The translations under genes were made by a program, and so were the position numbers. From a virus (Duplodnaviria > Caudoviricetes), in IMG/VR virus record IMGVR_UViG_3300005332_000001, positions 1-58,807 of that record: a stretch of DNA of 58,807 nucleotides, one strand, 5' to 3'. The notes beneath the pieces were generated by a model, which saw nothing but the letters and a program-made list of their open reading frames with translations, searched no databases and was not told the DNA's origin. This document shows positions 46,073 to 56,390 of the stretch, piece by piece (positions within the stretch are counted from its first letter, which is position 1; every line of letters starts with the position of its first letter).

Positions 46073-49000
46073 TGAGCAGCACACTCACCGTGAAAGTTGG
46101 CGGCACTGCCTACACGCTCATCGAAAACACGCTCAAAATCACCAACAGAGTGGATGATAAGGACAAAGCGACATTCACCCTCAGAGACGACACCGGCACA
46201 GTGGTATTTTCCAAAGGCCAGATGGTGAGCATTGTGGATAGCTCGCTTGGCACACTCTTTGCTGGTTTCGTCAATAAGCCAACAATGAGCAACCTCTTCC
46301 CGAGCGCAACCAATCTCTGGTCAATGGATTGTGTCGATCAGTTCTATGTGCCTGCAAAGCGCACGCACAAGCGCATGCACAAAAATCAACACGCTGGCCC
46401 GATTGCCGCGCTCCAGGTCCAGCAGTATTTGGCGCCGGACGGCGTCAGCGGCAACTTTGGGCTGGACTGGACGGAGCTGCAGTCCGACTGGCAAAATGGC
46501 ACGCTCTCCGGGGCCGCGGCGGCAACGAATGCGAGCACAGGCAACACCGGTGGGGGTGATCTGGAGCTGGCTGTCGCCGGCAGCGTGGTGACCTTCTCGC
46601 AGACTTCGCAAGCCGATTTCAATGCTGGCATCACCGGAGGCGGCCTGACCTCTCCGGCCAGCGGGGGCGTCACTTTTACACCCACACAGGCAATCAAGTT
46701 CGCTGCCACTGAAAGCTTGCCTGGCATAACAAATCCCGCCCTAAAAATGAAGATCTGGTCCGGGTCGTATACGATTGCCGCCTCCGACTACCTCATTTTT
46801 GATGTGTGGACCGCGGATAGCTCGCCGCAACAAATGGCCACGGTGGATCTTGTGATGACTGATGGTACGACGTTAAGCCTCTCGCAAGCCGCGATTGGTG
46901 TTGACGTTCAAGGTGTTGGGCCTGGGATCTCCAATGACCTTTCAGGACTGGCAACCAATACCTGGTACAATCGCCGTTTCTTTCTGGATGCTGGCGGTCC
47001 GTGGGTGGGCAAGGTGGTCTCGTATGCGGCTGTGTGCTTTGGCGGGGCCAACCAGGGCAATTACACGGCTTACTTCCGCAACGTTCTTATCCAGAACGGA
47101 GGCATCACGAAACTCACCATCTTTGGACCCGCCGCGACGGCTACGCAGACAACGCCGCAGCCGGTGCAAAACAGCGGCTACACCAATATCAGTTGTAGCG
47201 TGGTGACCTCCTACGAGCGTCATGGGGCGCTGGCCAGTCCTTTGTACGATCTTTCGGGCGCGGCGATAGCCAATAGTTCGCAGCTCACCTGGTCGATCAT
47301 CCTGCCCAACAACAGCTTCACCTACTCCGTCACGGCGTCGATTGACAGCGGCGTAACCTTTTTGCCTTGTACCAATCAAGGCGCGATCCCTGGGCTCCTC
47401 CCCGGCATGAATTTGTCGGGCGTCAAGATCAGACTGACCTATGTTTTCGACAATGCTGGCAACGACCCAACGTTGACCCCGCTGCTCTCGACGATCACCG
47501 GCACGATCAATCCCTCGTATGCGAGTACGAAGAGCGACATCGTCAATGTGAATAATGGCGCCGCTGCCTGGAACGCGGGCACACTCACCAATCTCAATTT
47601 GAGCGGTAGCAACACGTTGCAACTCAACGGCTATGCGCGGAATTGGGATGATGCAAATTATGGCAGTCAAACGCTCTACGGCGCGACCAGTCCGGCTCAG
47701 GGCGTCCTGAAAAAACAATTCTTTTTAACCAGTGGAACGGGCACGGATGTCAAATCACGCATGGATTTTGCCGGGAGCAATTGGCAAAATTTCACGATGG
47801 AGTGTGATGTCACGCTCCTTTCCGGCAATTGTGGACCATCGCTCGTCTACCGCACGACGAATTGGGGGACGGCAAACGATTCTTATGCGTACATGGTGTA
47901 TTTGAACACCACACTTGTTCAACTGGGCCATGGAACAAATAGCACTGGGGCAGGAGCATTTACCAACATTTCCACGGTGGCTCTGACACTAACAGCAGGC
48001 ACCACATACCGGCTCAAAGTGATTGTAAACGGCAACAATCATCAAGTGTTCGTGAACGATGTCAACTACATCAATGTGAACGACAGCACGTACACTGCTG
48101 CTGGCTACGTCGGACTGCGTCTTTTTAATGGTTCCGGTTCTACACAAACCGCGACTTTTGACAATTTTGGGATTATGGCGACGCTTTCCGGCACCTGGGT
48201 GAGTCCCGCCATTGATATCCATAGCCTAACCACCATTAGCAATTCGCAGATCATCCTTCAGATTGATCCGTCGGTGAATACCAGCATCTCGACGTTCCTG
48301 GTCGAGATCTCGCTTAACAATGGCTCGACCTGGACTACATGCCCAAACGCGTTGACGACGCCGCTGGTCTTGACTCAAGGCTACTTCCAATCACTGCCCG
48401 TGCCGGGGCTGTCGCCAGGTACAAACGTGTCGAGCTACACGCAGGTGAAAATCCGGCTCACCATCAGCGCGTCCACCGCAGCCACCAACCTCTTTATGCC
48501 CGACATCCAGGCGGTGACCCTTTTTGTTGTGGGCGCGTATAGCTCAACTGGCACGCGCTCCAACGCACCTCTCGCCTGGGACAGCATGACGCGGCTTCCT
48601 GTTGGATCTGGCTGGGGCAACGCATCCAACGGGCAGGCCTATACGCAAGTTGGCACTGGTACAACAGCAGTCACGAGCAACGAGGCAACCATCACCAACA
48701 CCACTGGTGATGTGCACATGCGCCCAGGCAGTGCGACACAGCAGGATACAGACGGAACGGTACGCTTTTCACTCTCAGCCAGCGCAATGACCGCCGGCAT
48801 GGAGCTGCACTATAACGACTCTAGCCACTATTACCGCCTGGTCGCCTCCACGACCTCGCTTAACATTGTGCGCAACTCTGGAGCTGGGAATGTCACCGTT
48901 GCCACGTCGAGTGTCACGCTCACAACCGGCACATTCTACCGAATGCGATTCCGCGCTGTGGCAAGCGGATTGACCTCACTGACGCTGTATGGCCGCGTGT

Positions 49001-52000
49001 GGTTGGATGGCACAACGGAGCCAACGAATACTTGGAATGTGACCGTTGCTGATAGTCTGTACAAGCCTACGGTCCTGGCTGACGCGCCAATTCGCTACTA
49101 CAGGCTCAACGATACAAACACCACTGCTGTAGATATTGGCAGTGGAGCACAAAATGGCACGCTCCATGGCACGATCACCGAGAGTCAATCTGGACTGCTG
49201 ACCGGCGATAGCGACAATTGTATGCTCTTTGATGGCTCTACAGGTTATGTCTCGCTTCCGACGACCGGACTGCCAACTGGAGCAAGCGCCTGGTCAATCG
49301 AGGCGTGGTGTAAAATCTCAGCTATTCCGTCTGCAACGTACCACTCCATAGCGAGCTTTGGCACCTATGGTACCAATCAGAAGATGGCTGGCTTATCCAT
49401 CAAGAGCAGCGGCACAACGGCGCAATTCATGTGCACGACCTACAATGGAGACATTTTAAGCAGCAATATCAGTGCCAATACCGCTTATCACGTTGTTGGC
49501 ACGTACGACGGCACAAATACGAGATTATACGTCAATGGCGCTTTAGCAGCAGGCCCAACGCCATTTACGCTTACCATCGCGTTGGCTTTCGCCAGCATTG
49601 GAGCGGAAAATAGCACGGCGCAAGATTTCTTCTCCGGTCTTATCGATGAAGTTGCCATCTACTCCACGGCTTTGAGTGCTGCGCAGATAGCCAATCACTA
49701 CAACACAGGCATTGCTTCAGGCGGTTTTGCGCTCATGGCGAATGGCACCGGGGTCGCGAGCTTCGATTCGTTTCGAGTCACTGCTTACCCAGATCCGTCC
49801 GCGCCACTAACCAATGCAGGTCGCGCGAACAACTCTGTCGTGAATTGGAACGCCAACCTGCCTGCCAATACCGGGCTAACGGTTTACACCTCAACAGACA
49901 ATGGCGTAACATTCCAACAGGCCAGCGCCGCGGGCAACCAGATCCCAGGCATTTCGACACTGCTCTACAGCACGCTTGTTTTTCAGCGCAAACCATCGGG
50001 CTACTATCATCTCTCAGAGAGTAGCGGCACGACTGCCAATGATAGCTCTGGCAATGCTTATAGCGGAACGCTGCATGGCGGGGTAACACTTGGCGCGGCA
50101 GGTGCGCTGCAAGGGCCGGGCGAGCTGGGCAACACCTCTATGAGCTTCGATGGCTCAACGGGCTTTATCCAGCTTGCCAGCGCACTCAAAACGGATGGTT
50201 GGAGCAATCTGTCAGTCTCGTGCTGGTTCAATACGAGTGCCAGCGTGGGGAGCGTGACCAGGCTGCTCGCGAACGATAACCCGGCGGTCAGTCATAATGG
50301 GATCGATCTGGGGCTGAACGCTTCCCTCGCTGGCTGTTTCTGTACGATTGGCAATGGCGCAACGAGTGCCACCGCCACATTCAGTACGGCGCTTTTGACT
50401 GGCACATGGTATCACCTGCTCGCGACCTGGGACGGTACCACCATCAAGCTCTCCCTCAATGGCGCACAGCAAGCCAGCATCGCGCTCTCAGGGAGCGTAG
50501 GAACGGCGGCGCAAGCCCTGGCGATTGGTTACAATCCTGCTCTCGCCAGCAATTTCTTTAAAGGCAGCATCGCGGAGGTTGACCTGGCCAATCCGACCAC
50601 GGTCAACGCTGTTGCACCGCTCACCGCGGCTGATGTGCTGGCGCGCTACAACGCCGGACTCTCGCAGGTTGGTACCGTCGCCAATGACTCGTTCACGAGC
50701 GATACGCACACGAGCTATACCAGCACATTCGGGAGTGGTGGCGGTGTGGCCACCTGGACCTGGGATACTGCCAATAGCAGGCTAATTGCTGTTGGCGGTA
50801 CAAAGGCGATCCTGCTCTACAACAACCTGGGAGCCTACGATAACGACCTGTGGATCGACCTCTACCAGAGCGAGAATGCTGGCCTCGTGTGGGGCTGGCA
50901 GAACGCCAGCAACTATTATGAGCTGATCGTGAAAGATAGCGGCGCGTCCGTCTCGCCTAATACCGTGATCCTCAATAAGATCTCAGGCGGCGTAACTACG
51001 CAGCTCGCCACGGCGTCTATCACGTTTCAGGCACAAACCCACCATCGGTTCCATGTGACCATGCTTGCAGGCACCATAACCGTCTCGATGGACGAGAACC
51101 AGGTCCTGGCCTACACCGATAGCACACCGCTGCCGGCGGGATCGAGTGGCCTGCGCAACGACGTGGGAACGTCGTACATATACCTCCTACAAATCACGCC
51201 ACAGCCGGCGAATCTGGCGGCCACGGCGCTGTGTAGCAAGCACGTGCTGACAACCAGCTCACCAACCGCTACACCACAAGTGACGGACCACCAGGCGTTC
51301 GCTGCCGATTCTTCCTTTGGCGTTGGCGTGCTGGTACCGAGCGCAGACTATCGACAAGCGCATGTGAGCGACAATATCGACGACTTGAACACCAAGAGCA
51401 ATTATTGGTGGTCGATCAACGGGCAAAAAAACATCACGTTCCAGGCGCGCACTGCGACCAACTCGCCCTACATCTTGCAATCAACAGATATACTGCTCGG
51501 TACCATGCCAACGGTCGAGTACAGCGGCGATCTCTATAGGAATCGCCAGATCTTAAAAGGGGTCTACGACACGGCCACGTTTGGCGAGGTCAGGCATGGG
51601 GATGGCCAGACGCGCACCTGGGCACTCTCCAACCCGGTGGTGGCGCCACCAACCATTACCCTGAACGGTCTGGCGGTTTCCGTCGGTCTGCAGGGCAAGG
51701 ACAGCGGGCGGCAGTACTACTACACGCTGAATGGCAGCAGTATCGTGCAGGATAACAGCCAGGTGGTCTTGCAGGCTACGGACACGCTTGCTATCACCTA
51801 CACTGGCTCGTTTGGCATCGATTTCTCGATTGATAACACTGGCCAGTTTCCAAACACGGTCAGCCAGGCGCAGCTCGCGGCGGTCGATAACACGACTGGC
51901 ATCGTCGAACAGGTGGAGGATGTGAGCCAGCAGGCCATGAACAAGGCTGCGGCGACCGCATATGCCAACCAGTTGCTGCAGCGATATGGAACATCGGGCG

Positions 52001-52272
52001 CCAGGACGATCAAGTGCCAGACACTGCACGCTGGGCTGAAAGCGGGGCAGTCGCTGCCGATTTTCATTCCTCAGCTGAACATTTTTGACTCGGTGTTTTT
52101 GATCGTGGAGGTGGGTATTTCCGCGCGAACCATCAGCACGCCGACGGGTGGCGCGATCCAGTACGTTTTTGTGGTAACTGCATCCGAGGCGGCGGCTTTG
52201 GCCTCCTGGGCGAAGATGTTCAACAAGATCATGCGCTCAATAAGCGGCAGTAAGCCGAGCGCGAAAGCCTAG
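46072..52272 (+). CDS. Large tail tip/adhesin with LamG/ConA-like and DUF1080-like domains
   Basis: 2066 aa; two VLADAPIRYYRL..FDGSTG..YHVVGTYDG-type modules; C-terminal YRNRQ tail-hub-like segment. Confidence 0.88.
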   Translation: MSSTLTVKVGGTAYTLIENTLKITNRVDDKDKATFTLRDDTGTVVFSKGQMVSIVDSSLGTLFAGFVNKPTMSNLFPSATNLWSMDCVDQFYVPAKRTHKRMHKNQHAGPIAALQVQQYLAPDGVSGNFGLDWTELQSDWQNGTLSGAAAATNASTGNTGGGDLELAVAGSVVTFSQTSQADFNAGITGGGLTSPASGGVTFTPTQAIKFAATESLPGITNPALKMKIWSGSYTIAASDYLIFDVWTADSSPQQMATVDLVMTDGTTLSLSQAAIGVDVQGVGPGISNDLSGLATNTWYNRRFFLDAGGPWVGKVVSYAAVCFGGANQGNYTAYFRNVLIQNGGITKLTIFGPAATATQTTPQPVQNSGYTNISCSVVTSYERHGALASPLYDLSGAAIANSSQLTWSIILPNNSFTYSVTASIDSGVTFLPCTNQGAIPGLLPGMNLSGVKIRLTYVFDNAGNDPTLTPLLSTITGTINPSYASTKSDIVNVNNGAAAWNAGTLTNLNLSGSNTLQLNGYARNWDDANYGSQTLYGATSPAQGVLKKQFFLTSGTGTDVKSRMDFAGSNWQNFTMECDVTLLSGNCGPSLVYRTTNWGTANDSYAYMVYLNTTLVQLGHGTNSTGAGAFTNISTVALTLTAGTTYRLKVIVNGNNHQVFVNDVNYINVNDSTYTAAGYVGLRLFNGSGSTQTATFDNFGIMATLSGTWVSPAIDIHSLTTISNSQIILQIDPSVNTSISTFLVEISLNNGSTWTTCPNALTTPLVLTQGYFQSLPVPGLSPGTNVSSYTQVKIRLTISASTAATNLFMPDIQAVTLFVVGAYSSTGTRSNAPLAWDSMTRLPVGSGWGNASNGQAYTQVGTGTTAVTSNEATITNTTGDVHMRPGSATQQDTDGTVRFSLSASAMTAGMELHYNDSSHYYRLVASTTSLNIVRNSGAGNVTVATSSVTLTTGTFYRMRFRAVASGLTSLTLYGRVWLDGTTEPTNTWNVTVADSLYKPTVLADAPIRYYRLNDTNTTAVDIGSGAQNGTLHGTITESQSGLLTGDSDNCMLFDGSTGYVSLPTTGLPTGASAWSIEAWCKISAIPSATYHSIASFGTYGTNQKMAGLSIKSSGTTAQFMCTTYNGDILSSNISANTAYHVVGTYDGTNTRLYVNGALAAGPTPFTLTIALAFASIGAENSTAQDFFSGLIDEVAIYSTALSAAQIANHYNTGIASGGFALMANGTGVASFDSFRVTAYPDPSAPLTNAGRANNSVVNWNANLPANTGLTVYTSTDNGVTFQQASAAGNQIPGISTLLYSTLVFQRKPSGYYHLSESSGTTANDSSGNAYSGTLHGGVTLGAAGALQGPGELGNTSMSFDGSTGFIQLASALKTDGWSNLSVSCWFNTSASVGSVTRLLANDNPAVSHNGIDLGLNASLAGCFCTIGNGATSATATFSTALLTGTWYHLLATWDGTTIKLSLNGAQQASIALSGSVGTAAQALAIGYNPALASNFFKGSIAEVDLANPTTVNAVAPLTAADVLARYNAGLSQVGTVANDSFTSDTHTSYTSTFGSGGGVATWTWDTANSRLIAVGGTKAILLYNNLGAYDNDLWIDLYQSENAGLVWGWQNASNYYELIVKDSGASVSPNTVILNKISGGVTTQLATASITFQAQTHHRFHVTMLAGTITVSMDENQVLAYTDSTPLPAGSSGLRNDVGTSYIYLLQITPQPANLAATALCSKHVLTTSSPTATPQVTDHQAFAADSSFGVGVLVPSADYRQAHVSDNIDDLNTKSNYWWSINGQKNITFQARTATNSPYILQSTDILLGTMPTVEYSGDLYRNRQILKGVYDTATFGEVRHGDGQTRTWALSNPVVAPPTITLNGLAVSVGLQGKDSGRQYYYTLNGSSIVQDNSQVVLQATDTLAITYTGSFGIDFSIDNTGQFPNTVSQAQLAAVDNTTGIVEQVEDVSQQAMNKAAATAYANQLLQRYGTSGARTIKCQTLHAGLKAGQSLPIFIPQLNIFDSVFLIVEVGISARTISTPTGGAIQYVFVVTASEAAALASWAKMFNKIMRSISGSKPSAKA

Positions 52273-52302
52273 CGTTCAGCATAGAAGAATAGAGGATTTT
52301 GT

Positions 52303-52599
52303 ATGTCTCCAACACCACCAGCGAGAAAGAGAGAGCCACGTATGACCTACTCTCAGGACTTGCGCAACAAAATAGAAGAACTGGTCACAAGTCAAAATGA
52401 GATGAAAATCAGCATGGCCGAAATTAGAATCTCCGTTACGTCTCGCCTTGCTCTACTTGAAGAACAAGCAAAAGAGCAAAAGAAGCAAGCAGAGGAGCGA
52501 CCAGATCGTACATGGTCACGCATTGGCACCTATGCCGCCATTCTTGGCATTGTCATCTCGAATGTTATCTCTGTGCTGGCGTATGTCCATCCACATTGA
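52303..52599 (+). CDS. Coiled-coil + C-terminal TM protein (holin/XhlA-like)
   Basis: Heptads then IGTYAAILGIVISNVISVLAYV. Confidence 0.6.
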   Translation: MSPTPPARKREPRMTYSQDLRNKIEELVTSQNEMKISMAEIRISVTSRLALLEEQAKEQKKQAEERPDRTWSRIGTYAAILGIVISNVISVLAYVHPH

Positions 52600-52627
52600 T
52601 AACCATCAAGGCAGTTAGCAGGGAACT

Positions 52628-53566
52628 ATGAGCACGCTCGCAACAGATACCTTTAGCAGGGCTAATCAGGTCGGATTCGGCACCGCATCCGATGGTACGG
52701 ACACGTGGTCACAAGCACGTGGGGCCATGACCTGGGCGATCACATCCAACAAAGGGACCTGCAACTCTGCTTCAGGTGGCACGTTCAACGTCTTTCGCCT
52801 GGGCTCGCAAACGGCGGCGAGCGTTGAGATCCTGGTGCGCGTCAATCCAGCGGATACGAGCGATATAGGGTGTGTTGCTCGCTATCAGGATATCAACAAT
52901 TTCTATTATGGTGTGCTCAGCGGCGGCAATCTGGTTATTGGCGTAAATAATGCTGGCACCTTTACAACACTGAGAAGTGTAGGCTTCACGTATTCGGCTG
53001 GTAGTGCCTACTGGTTGCGATTCCGTTTGGTGAGCACTTCACTCTCATTGAAAGCATGGGCTGACGGATCTGGAGAACCAGGCAGTTTTCAGGCTACAAT
53101 TACCGATTCCGCGATTTCATCGGCTGGAGGCTTTGGCCTGGGTAGTGACTCAAGCTCTGCTACCAATACACAGTTCGATAGCTTAACGGTCACGAACGCG
53201 CCTGAACTGAGGACAATTCTAGATACAGCAGCCCTCAAAACAACCAATACACGCACGATCCCAGCAACAGCGGCATTGAAAACGACGCAGGCCAGATCCG
53301 TACCGACCAGCGCAGCTCTCCTGCAAACCAGCCAGCGGACGATTGGCACTACAACGGCACTCAAAACGACGAGCACACGCACAGTTGGAGCGAATGCAAG
53401 ACTTGCGAAAACGCGCACTGTTCCTTGCTCTGCGTGTCTCTCAAGCAGCTTTGTCTTTGCGCCAAACGCTATGTTGCTCGTTCCAAGCGGCGCGGCATCG
53501 TTGATCGTGACTGGTGGACAAACTACACTTATTGTTTCGAGCGGTCAGACGACGCTCATTGTTTAA
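52628..53566 (+). CDS. Minor tail/receptor-binding protein
   Basis: Beta-sandwich related to a tail-tip domain; RTI.ATAALKTT repeats. Confidence 0.75.
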   Translation: MSTLATDTFSRANQVGFGTASDGTDTWSQARGAMTWAITSNKGTCNSASGGTFNVFRLGSQTAASVEILVRVNPADTSDIGCVARYQDINNFYYGVLSGGNLVIGVNNAGTFTTLRSVGFTYSAGSAYWLRFRLVSTSLSLKAWADGSGEPGSFQATITDSAISSAGGFGLGSDSSSATNTQFDSLTVTNAPELRTILDTAALKTTNTRTIPATAALKTTQARSVPTSAALLQTSQRTIGTTTALKTTSTRTVGANARLAKTRTVPCSACLSSSFVFAPNAMLLVPSGAASLIVTGGQTTLIVSSGQTTLIV

Positions 53567-53583
53567 ACTGGAGGAATAAATAT

Positions 53584-54108
53584 ATGGGCGCGGCAACTTG
53601 TCAAGCACAAGCGGGAACAAGCGCATCTGTTTCGTGGGCCAATGCTGAAGGCGGTGTGACTTTTAATCTTGCCGATTCGATCACGGATACTACAACGCCT
53701 ATCTCAGTTCCAACAACAACAGGCACCGTGTTCTCTTGGATTAAGAACCTCGTGCTAGCCGTTACCGGGACCGGCACCACCAATATCAGCAATCGCAACA
53801 TTTACCAATCAGGCGCGGCCAGCACTGGGCTCGCTTTGTTCTGGCAAGCGGTTGCGGTTGCGTCGTACGCGCAAGCAGCAGCAGGCAACAGGCCAGCGTC
53901 AAGCGGCTCCAATGGCGCAACACCGGCAGGCTACACGGCTATGACGACCAGTGCGGCTGTGTACGACAATGCCACTGTAGCCACGTCCGGCGCCGGGCCT
54001 AACGGCAAGATGGCGGTTGTTGTGCTAGGGGTAGACCACACGTATGTAGGAGGCGCTGGTACGGCTATAGCACTTCCAAGCATACTTCTTCAGTATGATG
54101 AGGCATAA
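53584..54108 (+). CDS. Virion structural protein
   Basis: GGAGG RBS; ends LQYDEA. Confidence 0.7.
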   Translation: MGAATCQAQAGTSASVSWANAEGGVTFNLADSITDTTTPISVPTTTGTVFSWIKNLVLAVTGTGTTNISNRNIYQSGAASTGLALFWQAVAVASYAQAAAGNRPASSGSNGATPAGYTAMTTSAAVYDNATVATSGAGPNGKMAVVVLGVDHTYVGGAGTAIALPSILLQYDEA

Positions 54109-54111
54109 ACA

Positions 54112-54492
54112 ATGAATGAAGAACAAGGAACAATGGAAGTATCGGTAAACGTACAGGATATCTACTCGTGGCGAGCATCCTACTCTGATACTGAGCATTT
54201 AGATGAAACTCACGCAGTTGGCGGCTTTGCTAGCGTTGATCAGGAGCGATGCACAGCCTTGACGCTCTTCTATCAGGGAGCTGTCCCCGTTCACGCTGTA
54301 GCAATTCCTGAAGGCGCGAAACCAATCTTTTTCAGACGGCGGCGCATTGCTATCAACCTCGTGGACGAAACCAGCGCGCCACAGGAGACGGTACATTGCA
54401 TTGGCTGGAAGCGTAGCGAGAAGGACGCCGTATATCTGTTTGTGTTTGAGAATGGCAACACGCTTCTTTCAAGCGATCTGCAAGCCGGATAG
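54112..54492 (+). CDS. Hypothetical protein
   Basis: KPIFFRRR..HCIGW. Confidence 0.7.
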   Translation: MNEEQGTMEVSVNVQDIYSWRASYSDTEHLDETHAVGGFASVDQERCTALTLFYQGAVPVHAVAIPEGAKPIFFRRRRIAINLVDETSAPQETVHCIGWKRSEKDAVYLFVFENGNTLLSSDLQAG

Positions 54493-54500
54493 GAGACGCT

Positions 54501-54854
54501 ATGTCAATCACGCTTGTGGCCGATAATTTCTCCCCGATACTTCAGGGAGATACCTTAGTCAATTTTACCCCTCAGTTTGCTCAATACGTAAATGGAGTGT
54601 TACAGGCGTTTGACCTTACTGGCCTGACGATCAGCTTGAGAATGCAAGATCCAAGCAGTTTTAGCTCAGCAAAGAATGGCCTAGGCACATGGACAGTTGA
54701 TAATGCTGTCGCAGGCCAGGCGCACTATGCCTGGAATAGTGCCGATGTATCCGTGCCGGGGTCATGGATCTTGTTTATCAAGCTGACAAATAATAGTACA
54801 GGCGCATTTGTGCATTCATTCGTCAAAACGCTAGAAATAGTAGCCGTTCCATAG
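54501..54854 (+). CDS. BppU-N-like baseplate protein
   Basis: ILQGDT; FDLTGLTI; GQAHYAWNSADV. Confidence 0.7.
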   Translation: MSITLVADNFSPILQGDTLVNFTPQFAQYVNGVLQAFDLTGLTISLRMQDPSSFSSAKNGLGTWTVDNAVAGQAHYAWNSADVSVPGSWILFIKLTNNSTGAFVHSFVKTLEIVAVP

Positions 54855-54862
54855 GAGATACC

Positions 54863-55903
54863 ATGGCAGCACCACAATACGCAGATATATCCTCATGGCA
54901 AGGAACCATCGACTGGGCAACCTACAAAACATGGTCCTCAATGATCGCGATGAAGGCCACCGAAGGCACTGGATACGTTGACCCGCGGTATCGGGCGAAC
55001 CGATCCGGGGCTGAGTCCGCTGGGCTTCGTATCGTCCATTATCACTACGGACGGCCCGATCTCAACGCCGCCAGCGCAGAGGCAGCGTGGTTTTTCCAGA
55101 CAGTCGGGAATGTGGGCGACGGCCTGATTATGTTGGATTATGAGCAGGACACTCCGGCAGCCACAGCGGAATGGGCATATGAGTGGCTAGTCGCCGCAAG
55201 GCAACTCTTTGGGGTCACCCCAACAATCTATGCCAGCGATTCGTATGTGCGTGCCCACTTGCAAGACCCCCGCCTCGCCCAGTTCCCCTTGATTTTAGCG
55301 AACTGGACCTTTGACCCGGCAGCCCGGCCAGCGTGTCCACCGCCCTGGTCGACGTACCTGGCAATCCAGTGGACGGATAAAGCCCAAATTCCGGGGATAA
55401 GCACCCCGGTAGACGCCAATGTGTTTTTAGGAGGAAACATGCAACAGTATTCAACCAGCTCCGCCGACTTCGGCGCATGGTTCGCGGCGCTCGACGCCGA
55501 TCATTGGCAATGCAAACAGAATGGCCACATTGTCCAGTACGGCATCAAGGCGTTTTTCTCGCAGCTTTCGATGGATGGACAGAGCCTGCCTCTTGTTGGC
55601 CTGCCACTCACCAACGAGATCTATTTGCCAGCAGGAAACGGCAAGCAAGTAGTGTTGCAGATCTTTGAGCGAGCGGCAGTGCTCTACGATCCCGCCCACG
55701 CAAAGGACACGCAGCCAGGGACAGGTGCATTCTCGTTGTGCCATATCACTGATCCCGACTTTCTCAACTATGCGCCGGGGATGCCTACGCCACAACCCAT
55801 GCCCAATGTAAGCGATGCAGTGGCCCAGCTGCAGGCGGCTATCTCAGCGTCGAATACAGTTGGGTCGCTGCTGAGCAGGGTGCTGGTGGATCTCAAGCAG
55901 TAG
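54863..55903 (+). CDS. Endolysin, GH25 muramidase with C-terminal domain
   Basis: ADISSWQG; MKATEG; HYHY; MLDYE; QWTD; VDAN. Confidence 0.93.
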   Translation: MAAPQYADISSWQGTIDWATYKTWSSMIAMKATEGTGYVDPRYRANRSGAESAGLRIVHYHYGRPDLNAASAEAAWFFQTVGNVGDGLIMLDYEQDTPAATAEWAYEWLVAARQLFGVTPTIYASDSYVRAHLQDPRLAQFPLILANWTFDPAARPACPPPWSTYLAIQWTDKAQIPGISTPVDANVFLGGNMQQYSTSSADFGAWFAALDADHWQCKQNGHIVQYGIKAFFSQLSMDGQSLPLVGLPLTNEIYLPAGNGKQVVLQIFERAAVLYDPAHAKDTQPGTGAFSLCHITDPDFLNYAPGMPTPQPMPNVSDAVAQLQAAISASNTVGSLLSRVLVDLKQ

Positions 55904-55953
55904 TGTTTCTTTTGATAGGACGAAGTGTTATAACATTTGAAACGGAGGGAATC

Positions 55954-56340
55954 ATGCAACCCACACTTCCACAAGACATCGCCCTTGTGCTGCCCATTAT
56001 TGCAGCAGCTATCGCCCACTACCTCATGGCTGATCGGCTTGCTGCCTGGCAGAATGCGCTCATTGCTGCCCTCTTTGTCGTGGGGACTGCCGCGATCTCC
56101 GCCTGGCTCAGTGGAAATATCATCGCAGGCAACCCGCAAGCCTCGCTGTTGATGATCCTGGCCTATGTGGCATTTCTCATGCGCGGGCCGCTCAGCACGC
56201 TCATGCTGTTTTTCGCAGACGTGCCGTCGCCATTCGACAAACTGCCCGCGCCCACTGGTCCGAGCCCAGCGCCAGTGGCTATCCCGCTACCAGTGCCACC
56301 GAGGGCGAGCGCACCACCTCCAACAGCACCGAGCGCGTGA
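55954..56340 (+). CDS. Holin (about 3 TM, Pro-rich tail)
   Basis: Hydrophobic, follows lysin; GGAGG RBS. Confidence 0.7.
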   Translation: MQPTLPQDIALVLPIIAAAIAHYLMADRLAAWQNALIAALFVVGTAAISAWLSGNIIAGNPQASLLMILAYVAFLMRGPLSTLMLFFADVPSPFDKLPAPTGPSPAPVAIPLPVPPRASAPPPTAPSA

Positions 56341-56390
56341 TTGTGCTATACTGTACACGTTCGGGATCTGGGGTAACGAAGGGAACCCGC

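Noticed and set aside
46072-53566. Diversity-generating retroelement targeting tail genes
   Set aside because: No reverse transcriptase ORF and no adenine-specific TR/VR pair noticed.
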